DNA of 64,000 nt, taken from Antedon mediterranea (Eukaryota; Animalia; Echinodermata). Position numbers and translations under genes: made by a program. The stretch covers positions 21,438,795 to 21,502,794 of the forward strand of contig NC_092670.1 of the NCBI RefSeq assembly GCF_964355755.1. The letters run 5' to 3'. The notes under the pieces are model-generated. The model did not search any database and was not told the DNA's origin. It saw only the letters and a program-made list of their open reading frames with translations. Positions 52,720 through 64,000 of the stretch are shown one piece after another. Numbering within the stretch: the stretch's first letter is position 1; every line of letters starts with the position of its first letter.

Positions 52720-54000
52720 ACTGTAGCCTAGGCCAAATTTCGACCCTTTATTTTTTTACATAAATAGTTCTATAAATTTAAATGCGCAGAAGCACAATGT
52801 GTTTATTTTATTTTATTTATTTTATTCAGTTGACCAACAGCGCCGATGAAACATTGAAACCGCCACTAACACGTTGAATCTAAACATAATAAACTATAAT
52901 AATACTCAAATAAGCAACAAATAATATAAACAAAAATCAAAACATTATATTATTACATTATTATTATTATTATTATACCTCATTTATTTTAAAAAGTTGA
53001 TACTTTGGCTATTTTTTAAAAAATCACTGTAATATATACAGGAAAATTTTCGAAAAATGCCCAAATTTCAAATCTTTAGAGTCATAACTGGTTACTTATC
53101 GATCATACTTAACATGCGCAGAATTGAATCACGTAATTTGTTGTGCGCATATTACCTCAACATATTTTAAAAAGGATATAAAACAAATGGAAATTTTGTC
53201 GAAAAATGGGCAAATTTAGACCCTTTTATTTTTTGACATAACTAGTTACTATGGCTCTATAAGATGATGATAACACAATATATACGCATATAGGGCAATA
53301 ATATCACATAATAATTGAATTTTAAAAAGTGGATATTTTGGCAATTTTTCTAAAACATCCCTGTACTATAGTACAGGGATTTTCGAAAAATGGGCAAATT
53401 TCGACTATTTTATTTATTGACATAGCCAGTTACTATGGCTCTATAAGATGATAACATAATATATGCGCATACATGGCAATATTATTGCATAATAATATTG
53501 AATTTTAAAAAGTGGATATTTTTTTAAAAAAAGGGAAAATTTCGACCCTTTTACTGGTTACTAATCATAATCGACATGCGTAGAAGCACGTAATGTGTTC
53601 TGCGCATGTTAAAATTCAGAATATTCTATTAAAAAATCCGTTTTCGACAAATGCCTAAATTTTAATCTTTATTTTTTGACATAACAAGTTACTATATCAT
53701 AATTGACATGCACAGATGCACAAAATGTGTTCTAAGCATGCTACCTCAACATATTTAAAAATGTGGGATATTTTTTGAAAAATCTATGTACTAATAGTAC
53801 AGAGACATTTTCGGTAAATGGCCAACTTTCGACCTTTTTATTTTGTTGTTTATTAACTGGTTACTATATCATAATTGATATGCGCAGCAGAATCACATAA
53901 TGTGTTCTACACAATGTTACCTCAACATATTTTAAACATAAAAAAAAAAAATAATAATCCTGTACTATAGGACTGGGAAATTTTGGAAAAATGTTGACCT
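52720..54000. repeat. Degenerate 150-185-bp tandem repeat, about 7-8 copies
   Basis: Recurrent aaaaatgggcaaatttcgacccttttatttttgacataactagttactat...atgcgca...aaaaagtggatatttt. Confidence 0.7.
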
Positions 54001-56863
54001 GGATACTATCGGCTCTATAATTAAGAGGGTAACTTGAATTTTGAAAGGTAATATTTTGGCTATCCATGTACAATATGTAATACTGTATAACAAAATACAA
54101 AGAAATCTCAATCTGAATAAATTCAACTGAATTAATTTTAATTGCGATACAGAATTAGATACTTGGCAGAGCATTATAAACTATAATACAGGTGTAGCTC
54201 CAATATAAGACCACAGATATCTTCTATTGCTGGATGAATACAAATAAAGATTCTAATTATGAAATCATATGAAGACTAACAGCAATACTGTCACAAAATG
54301 TTCTTTAATTGGAAGAACACCTGTAGTATATGAAAAGTATTACAAATCATCAAATCTGAAACAAAATGGGTGAATAGCTTATGAGTTGACCAATCACAAG
54401 TCACAGTTCAGATGATCTCTCACATTGTGATTGGTCAAATTGTTTACAGTGGTTGTTTGCAATTATACAATGTAAACCGGCAAACGAGGTGTGCACCTTT
54501 CAGAAGTTTGATTGATTGAAATTTATATTTTAAATATATTTGTAATTATTTGCCATTTCTTCTTTTTAAAATTGTTAATTTTTTACCAAAAAATCTATGA
54601 ATATGAATGTTGGTTTAATTTAACAATTATAAACAGAGGTACACTTTTCTTAAGTGGCCACTGAAAAACAGTAAGCCATGGTACTGTGAACATGTTTTTT
54701 GGTTAAATAAAAAATAAGTAACAATATTTGCAGGAATACATAATTCCATCACAATAAGCCTTTTACAAAGGAAATATTATAGCCAAAAAATATGAAAATA
54801 TAATATCATAAAACATACTTTAAAAATGTTTGCAATTTCACAAAAATGTTCTACAAAAAAATGTATTATTAACAAAGGGATTGTTACAACATATGAACTA
54901 CAAAAGGACTCTGGGATGTATCTAGTCACAAAAATATCTATATTTCACCTCTAAAGGGAGACTATACACAATAGGATTTCTTATAAATTTATTTTGCATT
55001 TCTCTATGAAAAACAGACCATTAATTTAAATACTATAGTACATTTTTGTCAGCTCTCAACCACAGCCTGATGTTGCATGAAGCAACAACATAGATAACAA
55101 AGACAATATCTGCACATGCTTACAAACCAAACCGTGTTGTGATAGTTCACCATTCAAATCAAAAGTGGAGAATAGTTAATAATGAGAACACTAAAGTGAG
55201 TATTTTCTAAAGCCTGGTTTCCACTTAGAAGCAACGCAAAGACATAGGTCCATCAGAAGTAATTTGACCAATCACGGTGCATGGTTCATCCAAATGGTCA
55301 CTTCTGATTTGTTACCTTAATTGCATTACATCCAAGTGGGAACCAATCTTTAGCACGTAAACAATTACAGTACATTAACTTTGTCTTCTTTGGTGTCACA
55401 ACATGAATCAAATAAAAGAGTAGATATTGTTTATTAGTACCTTTAGTTATAATCAGTTTATCAAGGCTAATATATATCTCTGTATTAGACTCATTTTAAT
55501 GGCTGGCGGCCTTAAACAGTAAACTCCTGATGAAGGTATAACAACAAACTCAACAAGTATTCATTAATATGAGCCTATCATGCTGAACAGAATACGGTTT
55601 TTTTTGTAAACTAACAAATACACTCATTTTTCTTGATACACCATTTGTGTCAATACAGTTATTTCCATATTTGGCTGTGATGAGTCATCAAGTCATCATG
55701 ATGATGGGTATGCACTGTGTGGCGTTTATAGACTGCATTTCAAGTACAAATAGCAAGTAACGAAGAAACAATCAATCAAAAATAATTTTAGAAATTCAAC
55801 ATTTGTTTTAGAATAAAGGTATACAAATTGATAGTCACACGGAATGTGTAGCTAAGCTGCATTATTTTGTGCTCTATGAATATACTAACTCATGTGTAGG
55901 CCCACCCTGGGGTGCAAGTCCATTATTTAGGTTTAACCACTAACTGTATTTTTAATAGGCCCAAACCATTTTGCATATGAAATCGGCTTAGTAGGTGAAT
56001 ATGCTATAGGCCTATAGTACATACAATTTCCATCTGATTTAAACATTAGCTCCAGTTAAACACAATCTTTATAGAACATGAATTAGTGGTTTAGAATGTA
56101 TAAGTATTTTAGAGAGCAATTGCAAAAGATTAGAATAAAAAATTACCAAATATGGTTTAAATTTTAAGCAATTAGTGCATTTACATTTTTGAAAATACAA
56201 CAACAAATTGCATTAAAAATTTGGGCACAACTAGCAATATAAGCAATATATAATAAGTGCACAACATGGACAATTGTACAAATAAATCTAATATTTCAAA
56301 CTGCCCATCATTTGGAATAATATAAGAAAACATAATAAAAAATACTGCACTTAATAAGCATTTGTTATAGCTAATATTACAAATATCAAACTTAGAAATA
56401 GGATGGTTTAATTTTTAAAGTTTTTCCAATCTTTATTAGGGACATTAGTTAATGAAGCTCATCTATCTTTTTTAATATGTAATTAAGATCAATTTTTTAA
56501 AGCATGTGTTTGTTTAGTAAACAAGGAAATACACCAGTTATTTAGAAAGAATGTTTCAGCTTTGGTAAAGTAATAAAGAATATTTGCAATGTGGGAATAA
56601 ATTATCTATATCCTAAGCCTATTTTCATATTGCTATACTTATTATACCAAAATAAATATCTGGTAAACAAAAACAATAATTTTAGAAGTTAAAATAATTA
56701 AAATGGAACAGAAAGGGCAGATGAATAATCTTCTTAAAACTAAGTATGTATTTCACAAAAAAATAAGTTTTCCACAAAAAATGTAATAATGAAATTTAGC
56801 TATTTTCATAACAATTTAAATAATTTCCTAGTTCAGATGTTGGTTTATTGTATACTCCATATT

Positions 56864-57766
56864 TCACAGATAGTACTCTAGAGGGTTTGTGTCAGCCGAA
56901 TTATTAAGATTTGGTCCAGATTCTTTTATTCTTTCTAGCTCATATTCCACAAAATCATCGAACAAACTCGGCCATGCTTCATTGTCATCGTAATTACTAA
57001 GATCTGATCCGATAACCTCTGTAAAATTCAAGAACATTTGCCAAGTATCACGTGAAATTCCTCGCACGTCATTCTGTTGCAGAAAGTTACACCAGCGATC
57101 AAGTATCGGCGGTACGCGATTTGTAAAAACTAGACGCCATAATGGTATTGCAATTTCTGTAGGTAGGGAGCGCTGTCCTCGATCAGATTCCAAGCCAAAG
57201 TTGAATGTATATCTGTATAAATCTTTAAATTTTGAGTCCTCCTCAACTTCTTTCTTCAACTCTACAAATTTGGACTTTAAACGTTCCATCGTATCAACCT
57301 TTAAAAGTTTAAATCCAGCGATAAATTCACTACGTGTGAATCGACACATCATAGATGCATTAAATTTCCAAGCAATAATCAACATAATTATATCTTCTGG
57401 ATCAACTATCAAGTCCTGACAAAATTTCTCCATCCCTTCAGAAAGAATGGAGTCTTCCGGACCATCCTTATAAGTTTCAAACAAAAGGTTTATCCTAGCT
57501 TCGGAACATTCCAATTTTGGTATAGACGGGGGTTGTGTTTCAATGCCATTACTAGTCCTTATATGTGCTGCTTTTTGCTTTTCGTGCCCATTGAACACAC
57601 CGCCTTTCCATGCACGTGGGTCAAGCGACTCTTTTGGAATAATTGGTGCTGGGATAGATTTAGTCAGACTACGACGTCCGACTGTGTCCAGAGTTTGACC
57701 GTTGTTTCCATTTTGTCCATTTGTGCCAGTATCTGATGGCCTGCAACAAGATTGGCACTTTCCCAT
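56864..57766 (-). CDS. DCUN1D3: DCN1-like protein 3 (cullin neddylation co-E3), 300 aa, intronless CDS
   Basis: The true start is ATG at 57766 (MGKCQSCC, a myristoylation/palmitoylation-type N-terminus as in DCUN1D3). PONY/Cullin-binding domain: LFETYKD..EDSILSEGMEKFCQDL, FKDLYRYTFNFGL, GISRDTWQMFLNF, YDDNEAWPSLFDDFVE. Acceptor ttttttag near 57860, so the 5' UTR exon lies further upstream. Confidence 0.95.
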   Translation of the reverse strand: MGKCQSCCRPSDTGTNGQNGNNGQTLDTVGRRSLTKSIPAPIIPKESLDPRAWKGGVFNGHEKQKAAHIRTSNGIETQPPSIPKLECSEARINLLFETYKDGPEDSILSEGMEKFCQDLIVDPEDIIMLIIAWKFNASMMCRFTRSEFIAGFKLLKVDTMERLKSKFVELKKEVEEDSKFKDLYRYTFNFGLESDRGQRSLPTEIAIPLWRLVFTNRVPPILDRWCNFLQQNDVRGISRDTWQMFLNFTEVIGSDLSNYDDNEAWPSLFDDFVEYELERIKESGPNLNNSADTNPLEYYL

Positions 57767-58095
57767 TGGTTTAACTGTCGTTAACAACTAGACGACAAAC
57801 AGAAACAATTTTTCCACTAGCCTCTGATAGTTTTTTTCTCTAAAAATCTTCTATATTTCCTAAAAAACAGAAGCAAAAAAGGTGCAGCAATTAAAAAGAC
57901 ACAACAGTTAAAATTCGACTATAAACATATTAAAGTGTATAAACAAATTTATAAAATACATTAATGAGAAAACCTGCAAAATGAGTGAATAAGGTAAAGT
58001 ATAGACAACCTCAATGTGGTGGTATTGTACAACTTTAAACAATTAAACTGATCGTAGGATAACATCTCATAAATAATAATTCACTAAGCAAAATA

Positions 58096-58904
58096 GGGCC
58101 TGTTTCTGCTGCAACTGCTCAAAATACGGTATAAAATACGGTATTTTTTATACCGTATTTTTTAGTACCCCGTTTCTGCTAACAATACTTCTTGGGTGGT
58201 CGTGTTAAATTTCATCTTTTTTACCCAAATTGCCATTCATTTATTTGATCGATAATTAAAAGTCGCAATAAAGGAAGTTTTACGTCTCACTTTCAACAGC
58301 CTAGCCCTAGTGATAGAGATATTGTGAGAGCACAGAAACATCGTAATGGGGACAATTAATTCGTTCCCTCCCCGAGTTATTGTATTTTGCAATGTTGTAC
58401 TGCTTTCGCAGGCTCTTCAGCTTTGAGTTTACTTGCTTTGGAGACAAGTCTATTCCATACTCGTGCTTTTTTATTTTAGAAATGTCTTTATAAATGTGGT
58501 TGTCCCTTTTATTACCTTTTAGTTGGCCAGACATTTTAGCTTCCCCACACAAATTTATTTAGTAAAACTGTGACGTCTTCGCTCCACATTTTCGCCGAAT
58601 ATATATATACACGTGTGTAAAACAGCTGACAGCGACAGAAAATAAAAAAACGAATGTTGACCTTTTGTCATGTAAAAAAAAAATACGGTATTTTTTATTG
58701 GCAGCAGAAACGGGTACAAAAAATATGGTATAAATTTGTAAATACCGTATTTTATCCACAAATTTTGTGGGGAAAATACGGTATACAAAATACGGTATAT
58801 TTTTTATGAGCGAAGTTTCTGCTGCCAAAAATATACCGTATATATACGGTATTCAAAAAATACCGTATAATATACGGTATTTAGTTGGCAGCAGAAACAG
58901 GGCC
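58096..58904. mobile_element. PIF/Harbinger deletion derivative carrying a Myb/SANT remnant
   Basis: ATA|gggcctgtttctgctg ... cagcagaaacagggcc|ATA (3-bp TSD). Many aatacggtat/ataccgtatt subterminal repeats. Confidence 0.88.
58340..58590 (-). pseudogene. Frameshifted Myb/SANT-like (trihelix) DNA-binding ORF of the Harbinger element
   Basis: MWSEDVTVLL, then a frameshift, then GEAKMSGQLKGNKRDNHIYKDISK...GIDLSPKQVNSKLKSLRKQY...SGRERINCPHYD. This follows the Myb/SANT-like pattern of Harbinger accessory proteins. Confidence 0.7.
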
Positions 58905-59780
58905 ATACAGTACTCTGGGTCAAAGCAAAACAAGGAGTATAAATATTATGAAACTCCAGTTAGGTTTATGTAGTAAAATAATGAATTATACAGTAAAAGT
59001 ATTTAGTCAGACAACTTGATATCAATATAATATAGTGTGTGTATTGCTACATTGTATCAATAATACAGGTATATACTGTAGGCCAAATGAATAAGTCTTC
59101 CACAAAGTAATAGAGTACCTGTACAATACAATAAAATAATGTCTTTTTTTCTGCAATTAATTAGTTCTTTTAATGCAAAATACTGGTTTTCTGAGAGGTA
59201 AAAAATAAAAAAAATAAAAGTAAAAAAGCTGTAAAATAATAGAAATTATACTAAGGTTTTAAATTAAACTAAAAACTAAAAAAATTGTTGTGGACATGTA
59301 CAGAGAGATTCTTTTATAAGGTTAATGATTCTAAATAAAATCTCTAGAGCTTTCCAATAGGTCTACAATTCTACATCAAAACAATAGTACATAAATTCTG
59401 TATAAAATATTCAATATAAAATACCTATACATCATCAACAATGAATGAGATACCTAATTAAAATGACATGATAAATCACATAGAGTACAACTAAATTAGT
59501 ATTCCGAGCACACTCATTAAATATCTGCTCATTTTAATTTGTCAACTCCTCTGCAAGGAACAAATAAAGACATGCAATGACGTCACAAATGTTGTAAAAC
59601 GTCAGTAGAAAACAATAACAAAAGAATCATGTGGTCTATCAATAGATACAATAGCCTGGAGTGGCATGACTTGATACTGGAAAAAATGTGTAAACATTAC
59701 GTATTTTGTTATATAAATAATGAGTACAGTAAAGTCTTCTGTTTATTATACAATAGACGATAAATAGTAAACAATTTTAT

Positions 59781-60335
59781 AGTCAAGTCAAGTCAAGTAT
59801 CATTTATTATCATTTGTTTTAAGAAAAAACATAGAAATTCTGTTTGCTCCGTTGGCGGAGCACAATATCCAACGGACACAACACGAACTCAAAAACAAAA
59901 ACATTACAAAAAAGTGTCTACATTATGTTTAAGGCTCTAATAGATCCTGGAAAGAAACTATTTGTAAATCGTGCCCTATTGGCCTTAATAGAACGAAATC
60001 GCCGACCGCTGCGCATCAACTGGAACATACTGTACTAGAGGCCGGATGAAATTGATCATCTTTGATAGCCACTGCCTTTTTCAGAAGACGATCCGAAAAT
60101 ATGTTCTCCAAAGGCAGTTGTGCAGATCCAATTATACGCGATGCGGTCTTGACTATTCTATTTAGGTCACGCTTTTCATTTTCGGTAGTGCTACCGAACC
60201 ATACCGTTAAAGAATACGTTATGAGACTCTCTATAACTGACCTACAGAAAGACGACATTATTTCAGAGTTTATACCAAATGATTTAAGTCTACGTAGGAA
60301 GTAGATTCTTCTTTGGGCCTTTCTAATAATGTTAT
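59781..60335 (-). mobile_element. 5'-truncated non-LTR retrotransposon (Rex1/Babar-like, CR1/L2 group)
   Basis: KAQRRIYFLRRLKSFG...SVIESLITYSLTVWFG...LNRIVKTASRIIG...HP, then a frameshift, then SGRRFRSIKANRARFTNSFFPGSIRALN. 3' UTR hairpin tccgttgg/ccaacgga and an (ACTTG)n tail at 59781-59798. Confidence 0.88.
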
Positions 60336-62466
60336 AGTTGTAAGATGTAATATTTTTTTTCTTTTGTTTTCTATACAAAAATATATACCGATCTATTTAT
60401 CATTGTTTATTTATTGTGTACAGTAAAAATGAGGCTTGGGAAAGTACAGTAAAAATGAGGCTTGGGAAAGTACAGTACATCATTTGGTATTCGATTACAG
60501 ACTTCTGTTAATAAATATAAAGTTTGTTTGTTGAGTTTTGTAGTTTAACAGAGCTTACACTATTTAGCTTACACTGTTTATCCCGCCATTTCCTGTTAGA
60601 GCAAACCCACTTGAATATTAAACCGAATTAGTTTCTTTAATTTCAGTTATTTCTTTGATACAACAAATAAGCTTACTCATGAAATATAAATCAACAAATG
60701 GGTAAAGTGCAAAGTCCACTAAATATTCTTGGCATTGCAAGCAGCAGTCAATTCCTGAATCAATACAAGAACATGTAAAATGATATGAGATCTGAATACC
60801 TGTCGGCCTATGCAGACAATATAAATAATCCATTTCCAGAAATTGAGTTATATCCTAAACCACAAACAAAGGAAATGTGTTGTTATTGAGGAGTTTAATA
60901 CTGATATGGTACATTTCAAAGAATAAGGACAGTTCTCATCGCACCCAAATGCTTATTTTCTTTCAGTCACAAAATGGTTTTTCTTCCGTTCTCAGAAATT
61001 TAATACTAACAAAATAAAACAAACACTATCTACACTAACTATACAGTAAACTACTTTACATTTTTTATTTCTAATAGACTTTTAAATACCTGTTTCTCTT
61101 TCTTAGACAGTAACAATGTCACAATTTACTTTGGGATAAATAGTATTTTACAGGCATTATATTCTTTTAAAATCCCATTTTATGTTATTAATAATACATT
61201 TATTTATGGTAACCTGTGTACCTATAAAATTAGCAACTTTTAGACACCATTTTAATTAATAAACTGAATAGAAATGTTATGTTTTTCCAGTTTGGTTGAG
61301 TTTTTTTATATTACTTGACATTTTGCCAGCCAACACATTGTTACACCATACTGCAGAATGAACTATACCACAAATACCCACTGAGTCTGTAGTACCATGG
61401 TAGTACTGGGTGTATGACTACAAATAACAATTGCTTTGGAATGACCTTGCAAAAACCACAATATGTACCGTAATACAATTTTCTACAATACAGTATGTCT
61501 ACAAAGTGCCACTTTGGCCTATTGATATGTTAAAATCATTTATTTTGATCAAATTTGACTTTAGTGACATTTGAATTAAATAAAATATACATCAAAAACT
61601 TGTTATTTAAACATATTTAAGAGACTTTTTTTACCAATTAAATTTCAGTGGGTATCAAACTTTGACCTCATGTCAATTATTGGCCAGGAAGAAAACAATT
61701 TGTTGACCTTAAATGATTTCTGGTTATTATGTTAATATTGCAATTATTTGCTTCACTTCATTGTACATAATTTGTTCAAATAAATAACAAAGAAATTAAA
61801 TCATTAGTTATTGGTACTTTTAACTAGGTAACTCTACCAGGAAGAAAAAAAAGATGCTGGTTTGGTTCTTTATGTTTTTCATTGACATTTTTAGTTAGTA
61901 AAGTGTAAATTTTCCTTTGTTTTGGTTTATAATATGCCTTTATTTTACCATCTTTCTTTGTTCTCACCTCCATATCAACAGCAACATATAATATTAACAT
62001 AAAAACAGTAATGTTGGTTTTGATTTGGGCCTCTGCACTTGAACATTACGGCCAGCTAGTAAAATCTACAACAAACTAGATCAGTAAACTAGTTTTGAAC
62101 AAAGAAATTTATATCAAAAGATCTGTTTTATCCAATCAAATTAACTCCCATGAAAATCCCTAGTGGTATAATGATAAGGGTGTTCAATTATCAAGAAAAG
62201 AGTCCAGTTCGAGCCTTTTCACTATCTAACATTTTTTAATGTTTAAAAACATTATTAACATTAATTGTTATAGCAGGTAATTTAAAATGTCTTTTTATAA
62301 TTACCGGTAACAATTAAAACAAATGGATTGGTTTCACTGGCAGATTGCCTTTACTGTGCATTACTGTATATTGATGATTTCTGCAATTATGTAAACAATG
62401 AAAATGACTCACTCACTCACTCACTCATTCATATACCTTTTGTGAGTAAACTAAATAACTATACAG

Positions 62467-64000
62467 GATGATGAATAATGTGTACACCTCCTGATGATAA
62501 CTACAGTACACGATGATGAATAGGTGTACACCTCCTGATGACAACTACAGTACACGATGATGAATAGGTGTACGCCTCCTGATGATAACTACAGTACACG
62601 ATGATGAATAGGTGTACACCTCCTGATGATAACTACAGTACATGATGATGAATAGGTGTATGCCTCCTGATGATAACTACAGTACACGATGATGAATAGG
62701 TGTACGCCTCCTGATGATAACTACAGTACACGATGATGAATAGGTGTACGCCTCCTGATGATAACTACAGTACACGATGATGAATAGGTGTACACCTCCT
62801 GATGACAACTACAGTACACGATGATGAATAGGTGTACGCCTCCTGATGATAACTACAGTACACGATGATGAATAGGTGTACACCTCCTGATAACTACAGT
62901 ACATGATGATGAATAGGTGTATGCCTCCTGATGATAACTACAGTACACGATGATGAATAGGTGTACGCCTCCTGATGATAACTACAGTACACGATGATGA
63001 ATAGGTGTACGCCTCCTGATGATAACTACAGTACACGATGATGAATAGGTGTACGCCTCCTGATGATAACTACAGTACATGATGATGAATAGGTGTACGC
63101 CTCCTGATGATAACTACAGTACACGATGATGAATAGGTGTACGCCTCCTGATGATAACTACAGTACACGATGATGAATAGGTGTACGCCTCCTGATGATA
63201 ACTACAGTACACGATGATGAATAGGTGTATGCCTCCTGATGATAACTACAGTACACGATGATGAATAGGTGTACGCCTCCTGATGATAACTACAGTACAC
63301 GATGATGAATAATGTGTACACCTCCTGATGATAACTACAGTACACGATGATGAATAGGTGTACACCTCCTGATGATAACTACAGTACACGATGATGAATA
63401 GGTGTACACCTCCTGATGATAACTACAGTACACGATGATGAATAATGTGTACCCTCCTGATGATAACTACAGTACACGATGATGAATAGGTGTACGCCTC
63501 CTGATGATAACTACAGTACACGATGATGAATAGGTGTACGCCTCCTGATGATAACTACAGTACACGATGATGAATAGGTGTATGCCTCCTGATGATAACT
63601 ACAGTACACGATGATGAATAGGTGTACGCCTCCTGATGATAACTACAGTACACGATGATGAATAGGTGTACGCCTCCTGATGATAACTACAGTACACGAT
63701 GATGAATAGGTGTACGCCTCCTGATGATAACTACAGTACACGATGATGAATAGGTGTACGCCTCCTGATGATAACTACAGTACACGATGATGAATAGGTG
63801 TACGCCTCCTGATGATAACTACAGTACACGATGATGAATAGGTGTACGCCTCCTGATGATAACTACAGTACATGATGATGAATAGGTGTGCGCCTCCTGA
63901 TGATAACTACAGTACACGATGATGAATAGGTGTGCGCCTCCTGATGATAACTACAGTACACGATGATGAATAGGTGTGCGCCTCCTGATGATAACTACAG
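62467..64000. repeat. 44-bp satellite/minisatellite, at least 34 copies, running off the window end
   Basis: Unit gatgatgaataggtgtacgcctcctgatgataactacagtacac, contiguous with no spacers. Confidence 0.97.

Noticed and set aside
57767-57787. ORF-track start MLTTVKP for DCUN1D3
   Set aside because: Non-ATG start. The ATG at 57766 gives the family-typical MGxC acylation N-terminus.
60420-60476. Short direct duplication acagtaaaaatgaggcttgggaaagt near the LINE 5' end
   Set aside because: A local tandem duplication that does not flank both ends of the LINE, so it is not a TSD.
62467-64000. CRISPR-like array or tandem C/D snoRNA cluster
   Set aside because: Units are contiguous with no unique spacers, there are no cas genes and the context is eukaryotic. 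Units are too short and lack terminal stems for snoRNAs.

Overview
AT-rich, intron-rich eukaryotic (metazoan) genomic DNA, not prokaryotic. Gene content and intron positions suggest an invertebrate deuterostome such as an echinoderm; this is an inference. Five protein-coding genes can be assembled by hand from GT-AG exons: the 3' part of TMEM94 (+, to 10320), MRPS7 (-, 11362-14001), casein kinase I delta/epsilon (+, 14685-36288, head-to-head with MRPS7), PTCD1 (-, 39777-43648, tail-to-tail with CK1) and an intronless DCUN1D3 CDS (-, 56864-57766). Introns and intergenic DNA contain many MITEs (Harbinger-, Tc1/pogo-, hAT- and Kolobok-like), SINE and LINE fragments, and minisatellites. Two observations stand out. 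(1) The CK1 gene has a tandemly duplicated 149-nt kinase-domain exon 6 (6A/6B) that looks mutually exclusive and under purifying selection, plus a candidate alternative C-terminal tail exon. (2) An 8.3-kb foldback element lies just upstream of PTCD1. It has terminal inverted repeats, a 7-bp palindromic target-site duplication, mirror-image arrays of a hairpin-containing 101-bp repeat and nested palindromic modules.
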